Shown here one piece after another: positions 42,329-54,305 of a DNA stretch of 64,000 bases (position 1 is the first letter of the stretch; the number at the start of each line of letters is the position of its first letter). The notes beneath the pieces were generated by a model. The model was not told the DNA's origin. It did no database searches and saw only the letters and a program-made list of their open reading frames with translations. Source of the DNA: Tubulanus polymorphus (lineage: Eukaryota; Animalia; Nemertea); the NCBI RefSeq assembly GCF_964204645.1, contig NC_134031.1, positions 17,533,807 to 17,597,806 on the forward strand, in the 5' to 3' direction. A program made the translations under genes and the position numbers.

Positions 42329-44803
42329 CTAAAAGATAAGCTCTGAATTTTCGCGTTTACAGCCTTCACAGTATTTCACCGGCACGCACGGCTGTACTTC
42401 GTTTATGATTCCGATGAAAGTTTCCCAGACTTTCTGATTAGTCGCAGCAAAACAGACAGTTCCTCCACCCCTATACTTCTGTGACTCCTAAAATACATAC
42501 AACCAAAGCAAAGGCTTTAAGTATCGAATGTTAGTTTTTCGATAAATTTATTGTACAAATTTAGTTTAGGTCGCAAGGTTGATAGATAATTACCATTCTG
42601 TTCAGGTCTCCGATGCATACGTAACCACCCTTACTGGTTTTAGTAGGTGTCACCGCCCATTTTGAATGGTCCTTAGAATACCTGAATTGATGGTTCCCAA
42701 TCTTAATCGATATGACATTAAAAACCTGTAAGATATTGAAAGGAATAATATCTGCATTTTGTGACGATTTTCACCAATGTTTTGTGAACCACGAAGCCAT
42801 TCTTTTTAGTAAATTGCATCGATCAGATTGATATGTATATAATCAGAGTCCTGTTTAAATAGTTTTGCAAAAGTAAAACGTATATACATTAAATGGTTGA
42901 TAATAACGTCACGTATTCTTGATTCCTATTCTTGTTATTGTAGGAATTTCATTTTTTTAAGTTGTATAATTTTGAAGCAATGAAATGAAACGCGGACTGA
43001 CTTTGTAATCTTTGTCACATTTGGACGATTTCAATTTTCCACCGGCTCCTTTTCTCCAGGTTTCAACGTTCAAGTCAGATTGTAGTGTCGGCGCTACAAT
43101 TTCCTCGTACAATTCTGGAAATATTCAATCAATGATTGTCGTTTATTTGATAATCCTGTAATCATTTGAAAGTTACGTTATATGAAAAACGATGGCAAAC
43201 CTGCAACGACGTCGCTTCCCTTCGAAAAGGCATGGAATGACTGCCCGTCAATAGATGTCAATACAGTTTCGTAAAAACAAAATTCATCGTTAATTTTTTT
43301 CGCGCGGTTCAAGGCGTTAGGGAACAGGAAAGGGTATTTCGGCGGGACGTTTCTGCCATATATGTATGGGTTGGTCACTTGCAGCATCTTCTCTTTAAAA
43401 AAAGATGAATATAAAACTTATTTGTCATTTTGAAATTCGCAATCAGGGCCGTACCTAGCATTTGAATTTTGATGGGGCATAGATACCCGAAAAAGGGTAG
43501 TTTAGGATATAACATTTGGAAATAATCTGCAAAACGGCACTTTTTCAAAACTAAATACGGCCCTGGCAATATACGAGCATATGTTAGATACGTAGGTCAT
43601 TTGTTTGAGTATTATCGTATGCATGACTCTATATCTTAACCATCATTAGAAAAGTAAAAATCTAATTCGAATCAGTAATACCTATGTCTGCAAATTGATA
43701 GTGATTCATCGAAATGCACAACATTATTTGCCCGTATCTGGCGGCGGTCGCGGGATACGAATACGTTTTCGTGTTCGGAAAGTTCGGTACGCTATGGACC
43801 AATAGAAAACCAGTCGCTGAATCATACGCTACAACACCTTGAAAGTTAAAATAACAATTTTATTTCAAGGGTTCTTCCTATCAAAGAATTGTTTACGAAA
43901 AAAAAAACAATCGTCAAACTCATCGTGATTAAAGAATATTCTACTGAGTCGATTGAAGCATGGTGGTGGTGCACCTCCTTGATTTCAGGTAACAAAGGTT
44001 CGAGTTGTACGTAAAATACGTGCCTTTTTGGTGTGCATGTTCGTCATTTTCGTCTAACTTTGATTTTTTCTGATCGTTATACATCGCCCAATGTATGTCC
44101 TCAATAAAAGATAATTCTTAATGAGATTCTGAATTATGCTTAAATTATGCTTACGAAAAAGGTAGAAATATATTACTAAACATACATCACTTAACAATAT
44201 TTGCAATTATTTCTTACATTTGAGTTAAGGTATATTTGTTGAAGCGTGTACCCGACTGGTTGCTGGAGTCTGTTTATCGGCGTTTCGGACAACCTGAACT
44301 GATTCGAGACACTATCCATGTAATAGAAGTCATATCCGTCGCTGTTTGCGCTACTTTGCGGAACGGAATTTATTGGCATTTTGTAGACTATAAACCTATC
44401 AGAAGATCGTAAGGAAACTATCAGCACCTCTATAATTCATTGACAAGTAACACAATAATTATCATTTCAAATCAACCCTTGTTTGCTTCTCATGAACAGG
44501 CGCGATGACTCCAACTTCATATTATAGAGTATACCGCTTGGATTATCAGTTGGTGATAGAAGTGATAGAAGTCTGTAATGACGGTTCTGTTTCAGAAAGC
44601 GATCAATGAAATCATTCCAATACTTAAATCATTATCTCAGAAAATGGCCATTTTCAAAAATAGTTCATACATTTACATACATACCAATCTACAGGGTCGT
44701 TGTTTCGGTTTCTACATCTTACATTTTTGGTTTTTGCACCGTGTACGAAAACGAAGTAAAAGAAAAGGACGCAAATCCCGGCAACAATTGTCAACAGCCT
44801 CAT
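42329..44803 (-). CDS. DNASE2: Deoxyribonuclease II / plancitoxin-like, copy B (8 exons, extended C-terminus)
   Basis: Same exon structure as copy A with both HxK motifs (HQK, HSK). A 2-bp indel near 42363 changes the end from KYCEL* to KYCEGCKRENSELIF*. Confidence 0.9.
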
Positions 44804-47219
44804 CGTGGCTATAGTCAAACAGTTCCCAGCAGACAGGCACACAACCGATGATAGTGATATATTTTGTCATGCTGGTGTTTATCCCGTTTAAACTTCCTTG
44901 TGAACTTAAGGCATGATTTTTTCATTTCCTGGTATATTACTGGATTCATTTCTGTAATCGACAATTTATTTCATATTTGTTTATTATTTCATTATCTATC
45001 TAATGTATATACGGGTTATAGAAAAATAAGTTTTCATTATGTGATGAAGGATCGAAACAAGCGGAAATAAAGGATGGTCCAATACAACGTTTCACAGTCA
45101 AAAGTTCGTTTTTTATTGATAAGTTAGCGTTTACCCACATCAGGCCGCGAACATAATTCACGGTCAATTTAAAAAAACATCCTTATTTTATAATAGAGTA
45201 TGAACTATAAATACTGTATACAAATGTATATCGATAATTATGGAATCAACAAGAAAATATCTTACCCGAATTTATTCTTTACTTGAACTTTGATTTTGAT
45301 TAAGCCTATATTTCACTAAGTCGGGACACGCACACGGGGCGTGTTGTATCGTGTAACATTTAGATGGTAGCCAGTATGGTAACTATGGCGTTGTAAAGCG
45401 TTTTTTTTTTTAAATTCCCAATGCGACACACAGGCCGGGCATATTATCAACGCTGGTGGGACCGTTGGTGCTGGTGGCAGGTAGTTGTGAGATTCCGGTA
45501 GTCGAGGCCCGTCTGTTGGCGATGATTGTACAGGCAGCGTGGCCGGCGCGTGTCGGCTGCCGTCTCCCACGGGCGGACCGGATCGGAGCACGATTGTTTC
45601 GGGGGTATCTCTATACATAGTAACGACCGATTTTAACAACGACACAAAATACGGCGTCCTCCATAAAAGTCCATATTATTTAAGATAACGCGATGATTGA
45701 AATTATTGTTTATTCTCGCATTAAATAGGCTTACATTTTGTGAACGTGAATCGAACCTTTTAAGATGTTTACATTTATATTAAGAATTGAAATCGACAAA
45801 CAGCTGCGGGTAGTTGTTTTTGACTGCTGAAAATGTACTAAAAGCGCTTTTAACAATGGATTTTATCAAAGCAATTATATTACAAGAATAAGAATTATGT
45901 TATGATGGGTAATTTTTGATGAGTTAAGTTTTTATTTTAGCTATGTCGTCATGTTTTGTCTCTTGGCATTCCTTCAGAGCGTGTATCCCACAGTCGGGAC
46001 GTGTAATTACGATGTTTATGTAACAGTACTGCTTAGGAAGTTTCTGCAGGCGCGCACAACAATCGCCAGTCGCTGTCAACAACTATTATCGACTCACAAT
46101 TTGTTGTCATTCAGGCGGGATTTGTTTGTTATTTTAACGGTCTGTGTTTGGAATCTGAAATTTTGAAGAGACAGAGGTGTTTTTGAAACGCTAGGAAATA
46201 AAAACTGGATATGAACATTGGAGACAGTCAGAATTTTTCCTCCAAAGAGGTGCGGAACAATGAAAATGGACTTGTTGGGATATTAAATACCCACAATTTA
46301 AGAAGTATTGCATATGGTCTTATGAGAACGCTCATCACAATTTTCACCTTAAATTTTCAACTGTATTCTCGATATAATTTTGAAGTTAAAAACATAATCA
46401 TGAATTTTACACCTTAGAATACAGCTATAAGCACAACCGGTACTCCCATTCAGATCGCTTTCTTTTTTGCATTCATTCCCGCATTAGACTCGTGTGGTGA
46501 TGAGAGGGTCAACACAATTTGTTTGATGATAACATACAAATTACGGTGACCGGCGCCTGTTGCGCTGTTATTAATTGGTTACGATGATTATTGTGATGTT
46601 ACTGGGCAGATTAATTAGTTTTTACAAATCGGAATCACCGGGCGATCATAATAACCCAGACTGTATATCGACGAAAAGCGGGAAAACTTCTATAACATTC
46701 CCCAGAAAGTATTTTATACATAATAACTCCTCATAATTTTAATGGCCAAAACATATTACGTTCAAAACATTTCAAGATGTTTAAAAGTTATGGAATCCGT
46801 AGGACAACTCGATTACTAGCTGTATAGCACTGTGTGCTCTTCCGGATTTCTCGGACTGTAAAATGTTGCTACTACCATCTTAGTAAATGTATGTTATTTG
46901 TCATAAGTTTGACTGTTAAACACTGACTGACAATAAAGCTTAAGAATATGAATGAAAGTTAGACGGGTTAGTTAAGGAAAAATCAATTTCCGTCTTTTGC
47001 CGAAATCATTATGGGAATTCTTCGTATCGAAATTAGTGTCAGAATTTTTAATTCCGAATTACATGAAACTTGAGATCGAGGACAAATTTGTCGATATTCG
47101 TTGAAAGCGATAGCGAGAAATAAAAACCCGTGGAATTTGTAAAGGAAACCTCATGTACCGCTGTATCGGTATGCCTAGCGACAGTCCGGGTGTCATGTGA
47201 CACCACTTTTGGGCAACAA

Positions 47220-47365
47220 AGAGCCGAGCACGCGTAGCCTATAATTGCTTGCGCACAGCTGTCTTGACTCGGTAACCATTGCAATGTACGCGCGTACGCC
47301 TGGCACGTTCCTCGAATCTGATTGGTCGAGACCGTTTCGGCGCGTCGGATCCGGGTATAAATACG
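47220..47365 (+). promoter_or_regulatory. Promoter of HES gene A
   Basis: CACGCG at 47229, ATTGG (reverse CCAAT) at 47321, TATAAATA at ~47356, ~130 nt upstream of the ATG. Confidence 0.6.
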
Positions 47366-47485
47366 AGTGGAATCCGCAGATTTGGCATCAATCTGTCGAA
47401 CGAGCTCGAAAAGTACACATCTCTCACAGTTTTATATCCCGGAATATTCTCGATCTGTCATTCGAGCGAATAGGCTAATTTCAAA

Positions 47486-48574
47486 ATGACGAACACGTTC
47501 AGAAAATCTGAAGAACCCAAACCATCGGATCGTCGGGTATGTAATGATATTCTGACAACTTACAAGAGAGCGAATATATTCACATATTGTCCTATTTACT
47601 AATTATCTATGCCGACTGAATAATGAAATACATATATAATGTGACAAAATGATTTTATTTTCTAGGTGATGAAACCGGTGATTGAGAAACGTCGACGCGA
47701 GAGAATAAATAGCAGTTTGAGAGAACTGAAGATTATTTTAGAAGCAGTCCTTCATGGCCAGGTTGGTATTTCACATATTCATTGAAGTGAACGCGACCTC
47801 TCCCTTTTGTTTAAAAATCAATTTGAATTTTAAATGTTTTTTCTTTCCGTTTAACAGATTCCACGTGACAGTAAAATGGAGAAAGCGGATATTTTAGAGT
47901 TGACTGTCAACCATTTGCGTCTAAGTCAACGACACCATTTACAAACCATGGCCGCTTACGACCCGAGCGTCATGGACAAGTACCGTACAGGATTCAGCGA
48001 ATGCGCCAGCGAAATCAGTCGCTTCTTGACGGCAAGCGACGGAGTCAGTGATGAACTTCGCGGGAGAGTTCTGAACCATCTCTCTAGCCATGCCTCTACG
48101 ATGAGACCTCACCAACAGTACGCGTGTCAATCGATTCGTACCCCAGTTGACTGGCAGCAGGGAGCGACACCGCCGCATGTTTTCGCGACCGGACTAATAA
48201 ATGGTGGCTGTAGGCAAACGCCATTATTCGAAAATCGCTTGAAACCCATGGACAATAACGATGTAAATGTAAACAGATTCAAAGTAATTAAGGGCACATT
48301 TTCACCCCAGCCATTGGTGAAGAAGGAGATTAGCGCGATGCACGGACTCGATGCCCAATCGGATATTAAGCAAAACTTTTCCGTGAAGAAAGTGCCCGCG
48401 CTCAGATTGAGAGCATCGAACGAAAACAATTTATCAGTCGCCTCGTCCGGTGACAGCGCGTTCAAACCGGTCAAGAGTGAACCACGTGATTGCGTCGAGA
48501 TTGCGCGAGACAATTTAAACATGAATGCCTTACCCGTCATTCCTGATTACGCCAGCATGTGGCGCCCGTGGTGA
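47486..48574 (+). CDS. HES/hairy-E(spl) family bHLH-Orange-WRPW repressor, gene A (exons 47486-47536, 47666-47761, 47858-48574)
   Basis: RRVMKPVIEKRRRERINSSLRELK (basic-region proline), [17 protein letters not shown], Orange domain KYRTGFSECASEISRFL, C-terminal WRPW. Confidence 0.95.
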
Positions 48575-51387
48575 GACACTCAGAATCTTCCAAAAAACTT
48601 TCCCATCCATCATGGCATCGTGTGATGATAAAATTATTGTACATATGTATAAATACAGATTATGCTATTGTGTATTGTGAATATGAATTGTAGAATTCCA
48701 TTCTTGTTAAAGACGTTAAAAGTCTACTTTTTGTTATTGAAATAAAATGTTATAATTTTATATATGAAAAAGAATATTGCATTTTCTGTTTATATGTTTA
48801 CATAGAGGATGGTTGAGGATAAAGCGGATTATGTTCAGGATTCCAGGATTATTGTTTTCTTATTACGTCTTCGAATAATCATCTGTGTCGGGAGAGTGAA
48901 AATAAGTATATAACAATTCGGTTTTCCGCCGATAGATCAGAAAACCCTTACCGAGGGAATAGGGTTTTCTGTTGAAAAGTCAGAAAACCCTAATAACCAA
49001 TCCCCTACAAGGAAATTGTCTACGATAATAAGCGAATCAATCATTTGAATCAGAGAATACAATACTTCGCTACGACGTAGAGGCCGACTTGCTACACGAC
49101 GGCAGGACATTTTTATACAGGTCACAAAAATTCCGCCAGCAATCATCTCTAAATCGCTCGTAGGCTGACGTAATATGAGTACGATTTTTCAGGAACGCGC
49201 GCCTCGTAACTCCGCAGTTAGCAACCGCGCGTCAGGGCTGCAGTTTCAAATGTTATTAGTTCAGACGCGGCGTCACTTATACCTGCAGGGTGTTAATATC
49301 AACGCGGATTTATCAAGGGTTGATTTGTTGGCTCATTAGGGATTTCAATGAAATGTATCACTTTCTGCCTACACGGAAACCATTCGCCTTTTTACACGTC
49401 TATTGTTATCGATGAAAGCGTTAATTCGTGTTTTACATCGAACCTTTACATCGATTCATTCGGTATCTATTCGCTAACGAAGATTTTATTGTGTCGTTTG
49501 CGGTTTCGCTTTGTTCGTCAATTTGTTCTAATGTCGCTCCAAAGAATTCCACTGACAATCGATGTATTTGTTCGATTCGATACTTTGAATGATTCGACCC
49601 GTTGAAGTCATCAAGTCGGCCCGAAAAGAAAACATCCATCAACTCTAACTACGCTTAAGTCAATTATTATATAATTGATTGGTATACAGATCAGTGATTT
49701 TGTAAAAACAAAAAAATGGTTGCTACGCAGATTGTAGATAGTGGAAATGTGCGTGGAAGGCGAAGATAGTTTTAACAAAATGTGCATAAAAATATTTCCG
49801 GTTCTGTGATGGCTATTTCTCGGGAAATTAGCACGTCTGTTATCTCACGACAGCGAGAGCCTTTATTGAATTGACACATCATTAATAACTAACTTTCAAT
49901 AGAAATCATGGTGACAGGATCTCAAGGGAATGTGGCAGTTGAATTTGACAAATTATTTTTGATCGCGTATTAAGCTGTATCAATTTCCGTAAAACTCCTG
50001 CCTATTTTCATAAAAATAGACGATATTTCTGTGTTATTTTAGTGATATATTCGAAGTAAAATCGTACACTTAAACACGATTAGGTTAAAACCATGGTATC
50101 TTAAAAGAAATGGCCTCAGTGTTGATAATTGCCTACAGAAAAACATCGTCGTATAAATATTGTTGATGAAACACGGTTTTAAATTCAACTTATATTCTAT
50201 ACAAATCCGATTTATAATAAAAAGAATACATGATTTTTCATTCTTTTTGTTTTAACCTTTTTTCTTGTTAATCTTTTTTTTTCTTGTCGATCTGAGAGTT
50301 TTGATCGAGGTTATTACGGTCAGAAGTCTCTCGATCATTTGGCTTCTCGTGATCTGACTCGGCCCTCGTTTACGTAACGGGTGTTATTATCCAATTTACC
50401 AGCACAATAGATCGTCCAATAAACATCTGGTCGGACATTCACAAGGGTGAGATGATCCCCGCCCGAAATTAGCCCTAATTACCGACGGAAAGAACCGTAT
50501 GTTTTCGCCACCCAATGGCGCGTTACACAAATCTTACACAACGCCCTGACTGGTTACTACAAGAGGTAGCGATGTACCTGGATACGGTGGATGCGGCCAT
50601 CCTCTAAATCCGTGCGGCGGGCACGATGCCGACACGCGGCCGATGTTCATCGAATCACCGAAATTTTAATGGCTCTATTCAGCGTCGAGAAAACGCGTAA
50701 CAAGTTGCTCGCACCGCAACAAAAGGAGGCTGGGGAAGATGCATTGGTATTCGGACGACTGAATAGCTAAACATCATCCCCGAATAGCTCTAAAACCTCG
50801 ACATTAAAGGATGAAAAGACGAAGCAGGTTCTTCGCATAAAAGAAACTCGGTTGTAATTTGATCCTTTTTCTCAAACAACAAATGATGCTCGGCCTATAG
50901 CTACTGAAATGATGGCTAAAGAATTTCAATTCATCACGCATTTTATTCAATTAAATGTACAGTTTCCAGTATATTTCTGCGTGGGTGAGCTTCCCACGGC
51001 TCCGATTCAAAGTTGGAGTTTTATTTGTGGATGGATATGAATGCATCCTCTGCGGAACATACGCTATATTTGGTAATAAATGTTGAATATGCGTCGCCAT
51101 TTTTCTCGGGTCATGAACTGGAAGAAATTCTAGTCTTCGGTCAAATAACTACCGGAATAAAACGGTTGTTATGTAACAAACGAGTCTCAAAATATTATCT
51201 GTTACGGGATCTGGAACTTTCTAGATGATTCGAGGGCATGGTAATATCGTTCATCATGTTTATACATAGATGGGATGGGAATAATATAACTATTTAAAAC
51301 TGTTAGTAGTTGAATATATAACTGATTTTATATGTTAACGATGTGTAAACTGCACAGGGGCTTGTCACAATTTGATGGAGGATGGAT

Positions 51388-51590
51388 GATACCAGTATCC
51401 CTATAAAATTTTCTTTTTTATATAGGGATACTGGTATCTGTAAACTGTACGAAGTCCAAAAATTCAAATTTTATTCGATAGAATTGATTGAAATGAAACC
51501 ACGACGTTTATCCACTACTAACTCATCAGTGGAACGTTGTGGTTTCATTTCAATAAATTCTATCGAATAAAATTTGAATTTTTGAACTTC
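51388..51590. repeat. Two adjacent inverted repeats (18-bp perfect stem 51388-51438; ~60-bp arms 51451-51590)
   Basis: GATACCAGTATCCCTATA/TATAGGGATACTGGTATC; GAAGTCCAAAAATTCAAATTTTATTCGATAGAATT.../...AATTCTATCGAATAAAATTTGAATTTTTGAACTTC. Confidence 0.8.
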
Positions 51591-52020
51591 TTCAGGAAAC
51601 CCTGATTTATATTACTAATATAAGTAGTTAGTAGACTGTATCTATCTGTCAGTCAGGTAGTTCTGAAAGATTTGCCCATATGCCGCCAGTTCACGTCAAT
51701 ATTATCCTCATGCCTTATTACACTTTAAAGCTGTGTGATAATCATCCCATGTATCAAAACGATCATGCAAGAGTATATATGGGTTTTACTGAAACCAGTT
51801 GGAGGTAAGCTGCCTTAATTCATCCAGGACAATATAATGTTTACCACGAGGACGTCAACGGAGACGATAAGCCATACCTCGTTGATAGACCATTATAAAA
51901 AATAACTCGTTATTTCAATAAGTATTTATATATATTTAAAATCATAACTTTTTACATTGTATCAGCAGTATAAGTTGTGTGTGTTTAAGTAGATATTCAA
52001 CATCTTTGAATATAAATCAG

Positions 52021-53557
52021 CTACCACGGTCTCCACATGTTATCTTCAGCATTAACTTGCTGGTTACCGTTCTGATCGTCGCCGGCGAAACGATCGACGT
52101 TTTCATTGTCATTTACGTTATTATTGATCACGTTGTCGTCCTGTGGTTCGGTCTTAATGATAACACCGGGTTCCTCTTTAACTGATTTTATCAACGGTTT
52201 AAACGCGCTGTTGCCTTTGGATAAGTCTTTAAGGAGATCTGGTGGTGACTGTTTCTGCACTACGTCATTCGGAGAGCTAATCGGTCGCCCGATAGCCATA
52301 TTTACATTCGTGTAACTATTCGCAGACGATGCGAATAACTGTCTGTTGTATTTTTGCGCGGTAGCGGGTGCGGTCATGTATTTCGATTCTGTATTCGCGT
52401 AATTCATTAGTGGGGGTGAGATAATGTGATTCTGCGGCGAAGTCTCGGCGGAAAAAGTCACAGGAGACGCGACATTTTGAAAATTGTAAACGTTATTCAT
52501 ATTCGGTCCGACACGGGCAGTAGCCTGTTGCCAGTGTACACTCGTGTACTGCGGAATCATAGCGTTCATTTGGTTTGACAAATGACCGAAAACGCGGGTC
52601 CGAAGATCGTCGCTAACGCCATCTACCGCCGATAAGAATCGAGTGATTTCGGTGGCGCATTCGGAGAATCCGGCGCGATATTTTTCCATGACTGACGCAT
52701 CAGTGGCTGCCGCGCTGAAGAGTTGACGTCTCTGCGTATTTCTCAAATGATTCACTGTCAACTCGAGTATATCAGCCTTCTCCATCTTACTGTCACGTGG
52801 AATCTAAAATCAAAACATAGCATAAATACCTTGCGACTTTACGAATTTAATTACGAATTACGTCATTGACAAATCTTATATGATACGAGTTTTCTATCTG
52901 GGGATTTGTCGACTTTGTACTTCAGCGCTAAGTTGGTACGTCTACTAACGAAATGATGGAGTGATATTGTGTTAATCGATAATTACCTGATTTTTGAAAG
53001 TCATCTCTAAAATAGATTTCAAATTTCGTAAACTTCCGTTTATTCGTTCACGTCTTCGTCTTTCGATGATCGGTTTGGTGACCTGTAAAAGAGTTTATCT
53101 ATGATAATGCATCCATCTGCCATTTGCAAATAAATAAATATATATAGATCACAATGTCACACGGATTAAAATGCTATCTTAATCCCCGCCATTTTGGTTT
53201 AATCCGATTTCTACATCGCAGCCTTATGTCTCTAATATTTCCCACAATTTACGTATGCCGGTACGTAACGTGAGTTTGTTGGTGAAGCTTTTCAAGCAGA
53301 AACAAAAATCATATTTCTGAACTGATTTTTTAGAATTGATATGAACGATTTACTCTCAAAGCAGTTGGTATGCATGCGTATAAGATATTGTAAAAGCAAG
53401 TCAATAGTATTAGGTTTGAATTAATTATTTCTTATTGCAGTGATTTGAGATATGTCAGATATCTTCCATTAATCAGTAACTATTTACATAAAAAATGATA
53501 TATGATATGACATACCCTTCTGTCCTTTGGTTTAGCGTCATTGTCATTTTTCTCCAT
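52021..53557 (-). CDS. HES/hairy-E(spl) family bHLH-Orange-WRPW repressor, gene B (exons 53557-53516, 53082-52987, 52803-52021)
   Basis: [66 protein letters not shown]; same intron positions as gene A. Confidence 0.95.
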
Positions 53558-53694
53558 TTTTCCAACTGAGTTTGTCATATTATAAATCTCCTAAACTGTT
53601 ATTATTTTCTCAGATTCTGTTCAGAACGCGGAGCTCGTATGGATTTTCTTGCGGGTTTGGTGGTTGTAAGATCTATGGTCCTATGGGCGTACAT

Positions 53695-53845
53695 TCGGGG
53701 ATATTTAAAGTCGTGTGGACACGCGGGCGATACTCTATCCGCCAATCAGAGACGAGCAACGCGCCGGTCGCACGTGTGGACACTGACGTATCCGACCTTA
53801 GACAGATGTTTCCTCTGTAATTACGGGTCGCGCGTGTTGGCGGCT
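53695..53845 (-). promoter_or_regulatory. Promoter of HES gene B
   Basis: TTTAAATA on the - strand at ~53702-53709, CCAAT at 53742, CACGCG at 53720, CACGTG at 53771, CGCGTG at 53831. Confidence 0.55.
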
Positions 53846-54262
53846 CCGACGCCCCACAAGTGCCATCGGTCGCTCGACTCTGTCGCTATGCGCATACCGA
53901 TAAACCGGCTCAGCCCTCGGAAGCTAGTTTTTCCGGGAACACGATCACACTTTTTCATTCGATCGCATATCAATTTACACAATAATTTCTTCAGACAACA
54001 AGAGCGCAAAGACAAGTACCAAACAAAAAGACATGAAAATAGTAGAAATGAATGTCCCTTGGAATAGAATTCAAAACTCATCCACATGATTCGTATTGTT
54101 GGATGCACCCTGAAACGAACTCAATCATGAGACGACGATATATAGATATATATATCTCATTGAAAAACCTTTTGATCATGTTTTATAAAACCCTTGGCAT
54201 TGAGAAAACCCTAGAACGCCGATTTACATAACGTTCAAAAGTGCATTCCTGGACAAAGGAGC

Positions 54263-54265
<3 letters not shown>

Positions 54266-54304
<39 letters not shown>
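54266..54304. repeat. (TA)n microsatellite
   Basis: ~19 uninterrupted AT units. Confidence 0.95.

Positions 54305-54305
<1 letters not shown>

Larger units (their letters stand above)
37011..44910. repeat. Tandem segmental duplication, period ~4.3 kb (37011-~40555 vs 41310-~44910)
   Basis: Near-identical C45 3' half, intergenic CA repeat and full DNase II gene repeated; junction at 41310 (cttaaG|AAGAACGATTT). Confidence 0.92.

Noticed and set aside
40238-44851. Three similar + strand ORFs (40238, 40978, 44578)
   Set aside because: Antisense to DNase II exon 1/intron 1; repeated only because of the duplication.
45316-45645. Pro-rich 109-aa minus-strand ORF
   Set aside because: Non-ATG start inside a GC-rich island better explained as an HES enhancer; no homology recognised.
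53572-54108. Overlapping ORFs upstream of HES gene B
   Set aside because: Coincide with the GC-rich promoter; no coding features.
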